Shown here: one piece after another, positions 56,701 to 64,000 of the stretch | Layout of the letters: each line of letters starts with the position of its first letter | Numbering within the stretch: the first letter of the stretch is position 1 | NCBI RefSeq assembly: GCF_964204645.1 | Contig: NC_134028.1 | Location: forward strand, 20,952,345-21,016,344 | Direction of reading: 5' to 3' | Source of the DNA: Tubulanus polymorphus | Taxonomy: Eukaryota; Animalia; Nemertea | DNA: 64,000 nt | Translations under genes and position numbers: made by a program | Notes under the pieces: generated by a model | Told to the model about the DNA's origin: nothing | What the model saw: only the letters and a program-made list of their open reading frames with translations | The model's database searches: none

Positions 56701-59700
56701 CCGGCAAAGCGTTGATACCGATACGCCGTAGCGACGGTTGTGACGGTAAGGTATCAGTGCAGTGGAAGACCGAGGACGTAACGGCTATTGCCGGCAGAGA
56801 TTACGAGGCCGGCGAAGGAACGTTAACGTTCGAACACGGAGAAACTAATAAAAATATCGAAATCACTCTGCACGATGATCAGGTAATTGGTTAATCCATT
56901 TCCGCCGGATGTCGGGTTACTTTCATTCGCATTTCCGGTTCAGGTTGTTATTGGTTACTCGTTGTTATTCTATAAGCGCATCCAACATTCATCGTAGTAT
57001 TTTTAGGCTGTAGCTTTTCATTGAAACATTTCTAAAATGCAAATTAGGATTAATTTGAATTGGTAATGTCACTGAAAATAAGCCGGTTCATAAACACCGA
57101 CTACATTATCATAATCATATTGTTTTTTAACTACCCCTGAGAGAAGGGAAACGGCCTGCCCATGTATAAATTCCCAATGCATTCATTTTGAAATTTTGGC
57201 AAATCTATATTTGAAATAAAAAACTGTTAGCTCAAGAAATTACGAACGGCTTAAGTGTGATTTATCACATTGTCAATTAGAATATCATCTATCAAGAAAG
57301 GAGGTGTCTTCTTGTTTGGAAGATTCTAAATGACAGTCTCTTCAATCAATATCCTACAATCGAAGTGAAAAGTACGTGATCATGGTAGAAAGAAGATGTC
57401 TACGACCTGTTCATGCAGTGCTGTTGAAGTGCTAACCCCAGCTGCAAACACCAGTTTGCCCTTTCTATGCAAAATATACAGGAACCTACTTACCCTGTGG
57501 TCGTGTTACGCATTTAAGGGAATATTTTAGTTAGTTAGTTTATTCACCATAATCAAATGACATGATCGGAAAAACAGTATTTGATAATTGAAAAGGCGTC
57601 GTAGCAATTTAAATGTGTCGTATTTATCACGTAAGCAATGTGAATAGATACATATGGTTGGGGTATTCGTTTTAGAGTCGATGCAGTAATAATTCAGATG
57701 AATTACTCCAAGATACATGTATCGCACTTTCAGTAATAATTCAGATGAATTACTCCAAGATACATGTATCGCACTTTCATCGTCAAACACATGGTCACCG
57801 TTTAAACTGAAATGATTAGTTTTAATCAGCTCACAGCTGTTCATGCTGCCGAGCTATTAAGCGCTGCTATTGAACGATTTATACAATTTCTTATTCAAAT
57901 TAATAATACTATGAATATGTAATTGGCAAACGGCGCAAATGTGGTGAATGTTTTCATTTATGCCAATAAACTAGGTTCTTGTATTGAAGTAACGGCAACC
58001 CAATACACAATCATACAACCATAATGACACTTTATGAACTTCTAGCTATGCGGTAAACGCTTGTCCAGAATACAGAATGATTTCTAGCGATTTAAACATT
58101 GATGTCAGAAAATGGCACCGCACACGAAAAAAAACGAATGAATTTGAGACACCAAAAACAATGCTTACTTTGAAATGATTATTGGAATAGTGAACGAAGA
58201 AACGTTCAGAAATTTGTCTCACTTTTCGAAGTGTCAATTTCGGTCCTAATGGGTTTTACCTTCAATTCCTGAATTCACCAATTAACACGAGATGGTCGTT
58301 ATTATTTCAAGGTAACATAACATAATCTTCGCAAATGAATGATGTCGGTTGCTACTTATTGATATTTTAGGAGGCGGAAAAAGATGAACATTTTAATTTG
58401 GTACTTTTCGAACCGACCGGGGGCGCCACGTTAGGTCGCAGTAAAGCGGCAATTACTATCATAAACGACGACGGTAAAGTATAATGATTTATAGAAGAGA
58501 AATGAGCCTAGTTTCATCGACTGTGTATCATCCATACGATACTCCGAATCATATCGGTCGAATGGATGGTGCCGATTAAGTGGCGATTTCACCTTTGACA
58601 ATTACCAAATCAAAATATTGCCGTGCAAGTGAACGTAGTTAATGGTCGATGGTTGAGATCGCTAAACTTTAAGTAGCCATCATTGGCAAACCTTGTTCCT
58701 CGGGCCAAATCAAGCGAAATCATCGTAATACATCGTTTTCAACGATATAACGACCCATCCCTGTTCCGACTGGCTCGGAATGTCGCGCACCAAATAATTC
58801 ATTGGTCAGGCGAGGCCCAAGACAAGCGCAGTATACGCTACGCCGTTCTTTGAAACTGGTCTATGGAATATTTTCGGATGATCAGTTTATTTCGGTGACA
58901 TTTTCCTCATCTACATCGATTTTGTTCTAGATTTTAACGGATTGGTCGGTCGTCTTGTGTCGGCTACTAATGCCAACATGGATCGCTTGAGGGTCGATAC
59001 GCAAACCTGGGGTGAACAGTTTCACAATGCTATGAATGTAAACGGCGGGGATGTTGAAAATGCTACTCATCTTGATTATCTGATGCACTTCTTGACATTC
59101 GGATGGAAGGTAAAATTGAATAGAAGACCGAATAAAAAGTATTGAATTTCTAACTAATCCATTTATTCTATTTCTGTTTTGTAGATCATATTCGCTATAG
59201 TACCTCCAGCGTCTATCTGGGGTGGATGGCTGGCATTTCTGTTCTCGCTAGTGATGATCGGGATTTTAACCGCTATAGTCGGAGATCTGGCCAGTATATT
59301 CGGGTGTTTAGTGGATCTAAAGGACAGTGTTACATCTATCACGCTGGTCGCATTGGGAACTAGTTTACCGGATCTGTTTGCCAGTAGACAGGCGGCGGTC
59401 ATGGAAAAATATGCAGATAATTCTATCGGGAATGTGACGGGTAGTAATTCGGTGAATGTATTTTTAGGACTCGGAATTTCATGGATGTTGGCAGCTTGCT
59501 ACTGGACATATAATGTAAGTTAAAGTTCGCTTGTAGCTTTGTTTATATCTATGATGTTGATTTGAATATTGAGTTAGTTTTTTGGAAATTCAATTTTTCA
59601 TAAGATTTTCCTTTTCCTGTAACAAATATTGGATAAAGAATGAGAATTGTTTGACTAAGAAGAGTCAACGAGTCGATGGAAATCATGTATTTTCTTATAT

Positions 59701-60299
59701 AGTAGTGACAAAAGGTGGAATAGCCACACTCCGACGTTGAGTTGATAAGTTGATAAGTTTAAACCTAAACTATATACAAAATTCATAAGATTAATATAGC
59801 AAATTTAACTATCCAAAAAAATTAAAACCAAAAAATACGACGTGTTTTCTTTTGAATAATCAAATTTGCTTCTGATCTTATTAACTTTGTATATGCTGTT
59901 GGTTTTAAACTTATTAGTATTGAAAAAAGTTCTTGTGAAAATGATCGTTTTTGCAAGAAAACACGTGCGAATCAAGCTTCTGTTTTATTCTTTAATCGCA
60001 TGAGAATAAGATATGCTGGGTTTAATGCGAATTTATTTTTCATATTGTAGAATCAAACATTCAAGGTCAATGCTGGATCGCTAGTGTTCAGCGTTATTAT
60101 CTACGCGGTTTTCGCGTGCCTTTGCATTGTACTGATACTGCTGAGACGTTTCGTACCCTTTTTTGGAGGCGGTGAACTGGGCGGTTCTTTACCGTTGAAG
60201 ATCACGGCGAGTGTCATCCTAGTTGCATTCTGGCTCATCTATATTCTAGTTTCTTCGTTCCAAGCGTATAGACCCGAGCAATTTGCGTTACCTTTTTAA
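47754..60299 (+). CDS. Na+/Ca2+ exchanger (SLC8/NCX family) with two Calx-beta domains, 10 coding exons
   Basis: Exons 47754-48465 (or -48453), 52342-52400, 52738-52905, 53796-54001, 55732-55967, 56650-56882, 58371-58473, 58931-59109, 59185-59514, 60051-60299. Alpha-1 [13 protein letters not shown]...GSAAFN; CBD1 [16 protein letters not shown]; alpha-2 ALGTSLPD...[14 protein letters not shown]. Confidence 0.96.
49918..50105. mobile_element. Degenerate MITE related to the 60-bp repeat in BTBD9 intron 7
   Basis: TACTATAGTCTTCGCTTAAGTCGGATCTTTT and GATATCCGAGTCGGATGATAC match the reverse complement of the 60-bp unit. Confidence 0.55.
52504..52679. mobile_element. pogo/Tigger-like MITE, full length
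   Basis: TA-CAGTCAACCCCGATATACCG...CGGTATATCGGAGGTTGACTG-TA. Confidence 0.9.
54140..54686. repeat. 21-bp minisatellite, ~25 copies
   Basis: Unit CTGTTAGCTCATCCAGCGGGT in an NCX intron; explains ORFs 54170 (+) and 54198 (-). Confidence 0.95.
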
Positions 60300-62154
60300 G
60301 CCTTTCCACTTAAGTAGAAACTAGCTCTAAAATATATGATTTTACTATCGATATGTGATGTATGTAGCAGATGAGAGGAGAGTCTTGTTAACCTGGTAAC
60401 AGGTAGTAATGTGTAGGTTAACTGATTTTATTAGAAATTTACCTCATTTACCCGATGAAGCTATTATACTCTATGCAGTAGAGTAGCGAGATCTCGTGAT
60501 ATCAAACAAACCCAAGTTAACCTACGCTGTATATATAAACTGCTTATATGTTTTAAAGTAAAACTGCATGTATTTAGAAACTGAAATGTACATATATCTG
60601 TAAAATGAGACTGCTGAAGTCAGTGTACAGCTATCATTATTGTAAGCCCTATTGGGCTAGGGTAATAACCAGCGTTTATTGTTTTGTTGCTTGTCATTTT
60701 GTTTGTGCTTCTCTTCAAGTGCTTTGTTGGGTTCGAATACGAAAAATAGATTATGTCATCGAGTAATCTGTACGGCCGGTATGACGCGGACAAGCAACCA
60801 ATGCGGAACATTGGCGTCATTGTCTACTTGTATCATCTTATTGATAAAGAATAGAATAATATTTTTTTTCAAATAATAGACCCATCATCCTCGATTTAAT
60901 TTAATTCCTCAAACACATATCTTCTTTCATATCCCGTTTGATATCAAGTACAGTTTTAAACTTCTCAGCTATTTCTTACGTGTCAAAACATATCGTTGAA
61001 AATATTGTAACGTGTATTTGTTTAATGCTTGTTAAACAAAATGTGCCAACTCTTCGTTATTTCCCGACCGAATGGATTCACAGAGTACTCGTAGTATTTT
61101 TGATAGTTCTTATTTCTTGTAATATAAATGGCGAATGAGAGTAGAGATGTACATGTATATGATAATCTACTTTAAACATTCGATGACCTTTGTCAGATAC
61201 TGCTGAATTATCAATGTTCTGCGTATTTTAAACACTAGTTTTAGTTTTATGAAACCAACTATAATGAAATAGTTCAATATTTTAATGTTTCAAGGTCCCG
61301 TCCCGGTAAAAATCCAAGATTTATCTTCATATACGGAGCTTTCAAAAGCTTCAAGATGACAGCGCGAACACGATATTGATTGCTGCAAAACGTGCTTTGT
61401 ATATTTGGAACATTTGGTGAATTGTTAATCTCAATTTCTGCTAGAAGGCTTATGAATTATTCGGGACATCGTGAAATCAATGTCGCTGTATGTCGGTTGT
61501 GTAGCTCCACTGCCAGGAAGGGCGTCGCGGCGCCTACATGTATTCATGTAGATATACACTCGTGTGAACGCTACCGTATGTCACACGCCCACTTCACGTA
61601 TGGATATTTTTTAATTGAAGCATTATGGAAATATTTCGCATCCGAGCAGTGACTAAAACAATTCGGTCGGTTATTGTATAGAGTCAACACATTCCTATCA
61701 TGCCGCAGTGATTCCTTCGTGTAAAATGAGATGAATCTATCTATCGATCTATGTACAGAAACGCCGATTAATGAAAATGATGTTTGTTTTGAATATATTT
61801 ATACCCGCTTTTATCACTTACTGTGAATAAAATTCTTTAGTAAGCGTGAATGATTCCTTGACCTTTTCTTCAGTTTTTTTTCGGTGTTACCTTGTCGATG
61901 TGATTTGTTGATATCATCAACGTAATTTGACACCTTGATATATCGATACCTTGTTTCTCATTCTGTCCAGCTTAAAAGGTCTACCCGGCCAGCCGCGTAT
62001 CTACCCAGTACGCTACTTTTTTAAATCATGATCAAGCTAACCATAACAGATCCGGTAGCTATAGAAATGTACTGATTTAGTATTTTCATGTGGTTTACAA
62101 AATCACCCGGCTGATTAGAGAAACAATGTATCATTATCTAGCCTTATCTACGTC

Positions 62155-62365
62155 ATTTGGCATTATCGACGGTATTTGGCATTATCGACGGTGACCTTAT
62201 CGACGGTATGTTTGGCATTGTTGGCGGTATTTTTGGCGTTGTTGGCGGTATTTGGCATTATTGATGGTATTTGGCATTATCGACACTATTCGGCCTTATC
62301 GACGGTATTTTTGGCATTAGCGGCGGTATTTGGCATTGTTGACGTGATTGGCATTATCGACGTCG
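62155..62365. repeat. Degenerate ~19-21-bp tandem repeat
   Basis: Recurring GGTATTTGGCATTATCGAC; gives the hydrophobic ORF 62176-62652. Confidence 0.8.
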
Positions 62366-63093
62366 GATTTGATCTTTTAGCTCGGCAATTTTTGAATTGC
62401 TGGTTAATTATATACCACCATTCAACCATCTATCACAGTTGTCATTACAATGATCCGCTGATCGTTTTAATATTTGTAGTGACGCTCCAACAAAATCCGA
62501 AAAGGATACTTAGTAAGCGATACCGGTCACTGTTTTATTCAATGATTTATTTATCAATTCTGCTTTACCATTTTCATCATCGAACGCTGTCCCGGCAAGT
62601 CCCGGTGATTCGAATATTCTCGGAGCGCGCCTTAGTAGCAATAAAGTATTGAATTGAATTGTCTGACGGCCAGTCCGGTATCCGTATAATAGCTGTTTGT
62701 CAATAAAATTTTTATATAATTGAATTGTTCGGGAAATTTCGTCATCTAATTTCGCAGTTTTTCGAAGTTTGAGGTTGGTTTACAACGAAAATAACAATAA
62801 ATAGGTTTGTATGGATGGTTTGACCTTCACCGGGTTTCCAAACAATCTCACAGCGTGGGGCGAACATATGACGAAGTTTTTTTTGGAGGGCCGAAAAAAA
62901 GAACGAAATTGATCGTTTCAGCATGCCTAATTCAGCATTTTTAAACTATCGATTATGCATCAACGACAACATAATCGTATATATATATTGATGATTGCAA
63001 AGCAAAAATTTCCCTCGCGTATTACTTGTTGCTGTGTAAGCTAAGCGGCATGATAAAAAAGTCATCTATATTCTGACATTGATTACATAAGCA

Positions 63094-63525
63094 GGGTCAT
63101 CCTTATTACCGAAATGGCCTATTTTACCGAGATCAACCGAGATGAAATTAAACATAACATATTTATTTATTCCTTATCGTTTTGAACACTCGTAGTCATG
63201 TTATATCAGTAATGAATACCTTCTAGAGTCATATTTTACATATTTTTTATTTTAAAAAATTTTGATTTCAAATACGTTTACTCGGTTAGCAATAAAAATT
63301 TCATTGAATTTGATTGATCGACGATCTCATCTCGGTAAAGTGAAAAGTTATTTTTCTACAAAAATATCCGACGAAATATGTAAAATATGACTCCAGCAGG
63401 CATTTATTACTGATATAATATGATTTCAATTGTGAAAATCGATAAGGAATAAATGAATATGTTATATTTAATTTCATCTCGGTTCATCTCGGTAAAATAC
63501 GCCATCTCGGTAATAAGGATGACCG
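63094..63525. mobile_element. Foldback-type MITE with 8-bp TSD
   Basis: Long inverted arms GGTCATCCTTATTACCGA...ACCGAGATGAAATTAAA / TTTAATTTCATCTCGGT...TCGGTAATAAGGATGACC. TSD CATAAGCA at 63086-63093 and 63526-63533. Confidence 0.9.
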
Positions 63526-64000
63526 CATAAGCACACCCATCCTCACTTGCCAGTGTTTGATTGCCGCCCGCTGAAGCTTATGACAATACAAACCCTGGCC
63601 GCAAACCGTTCGTCTATTACATTGCCCACGCGATTTCTTGGGCGGACAGGTTCCCGCTTAGTTCACATCAGTCTAGTAGCCGGTGTCGGGTGAAAACGTC
63701 CTCGCATACCCGGTCAAAACGGCCTCGCTTTTGTCGGTCAAAACGTCTAATGTCTATTTCAACCTGACTTGAGAGCATTCCGGGTGGCCTAGCTCGCTCA
63801 TTTTTGGTAGTACATATCTGATAAAGGTCTTAGTACGACCAGAAAGGACTGGCAGTCGACCTTAAACATCATTTTTTAATCCATTTTAAACTGTATTGAA
63901 GGATATCCAAAAAGTCTTCACTGAAAGGGGTTAAATGAAGAGAAGTGACTCCATGATTTGAAAGTTTAACAATATGCCTACATACCAAACTTCAGTTGGT

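Overview
AT-rich, intron-containing animal genomic DNA (invertebrate, probably lophotrochozoan-like; species cannot be determined from the sequence). No prokaryotic features. Seven spliced conserved genes can be assembled by hand with GT-AG introns and consistent phases: BTBD9 (+), an EVG1/C22orf23-like gene (-) head-to-head with CISD2 (+), BUD31 (-), ECI1 (+), TAF5L (-) and an SLC8/NCX Na+/Ca2+ exchanger (+). There is also an intronless rhodopsin-class GPCR (-) and a probably decayed Ig-like ORF. Introns are crowded with minisatellites (21-60 bp units) and non-autonomous DNA transposons (pogo/Tigger-like, piggyBac-like, DINE/Helentron-like, foldbacks), several nested. The most unusual signals are: an unassigned GC-rich multi-branched RNA-like fold at ~23.05-23.25 kb; a three-copy inverted-repeat element carrying a pseudo-tRNA, telomere-like repeats and CCAAT/NRF1-like motifs, each copy near a gene 5' end; a 60-bp satellite apparently born from a MITE end; and a duplicated decoy splice acceptor in BTBD9. 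All coordinates were read by eye; repeat boundaries are approximate.
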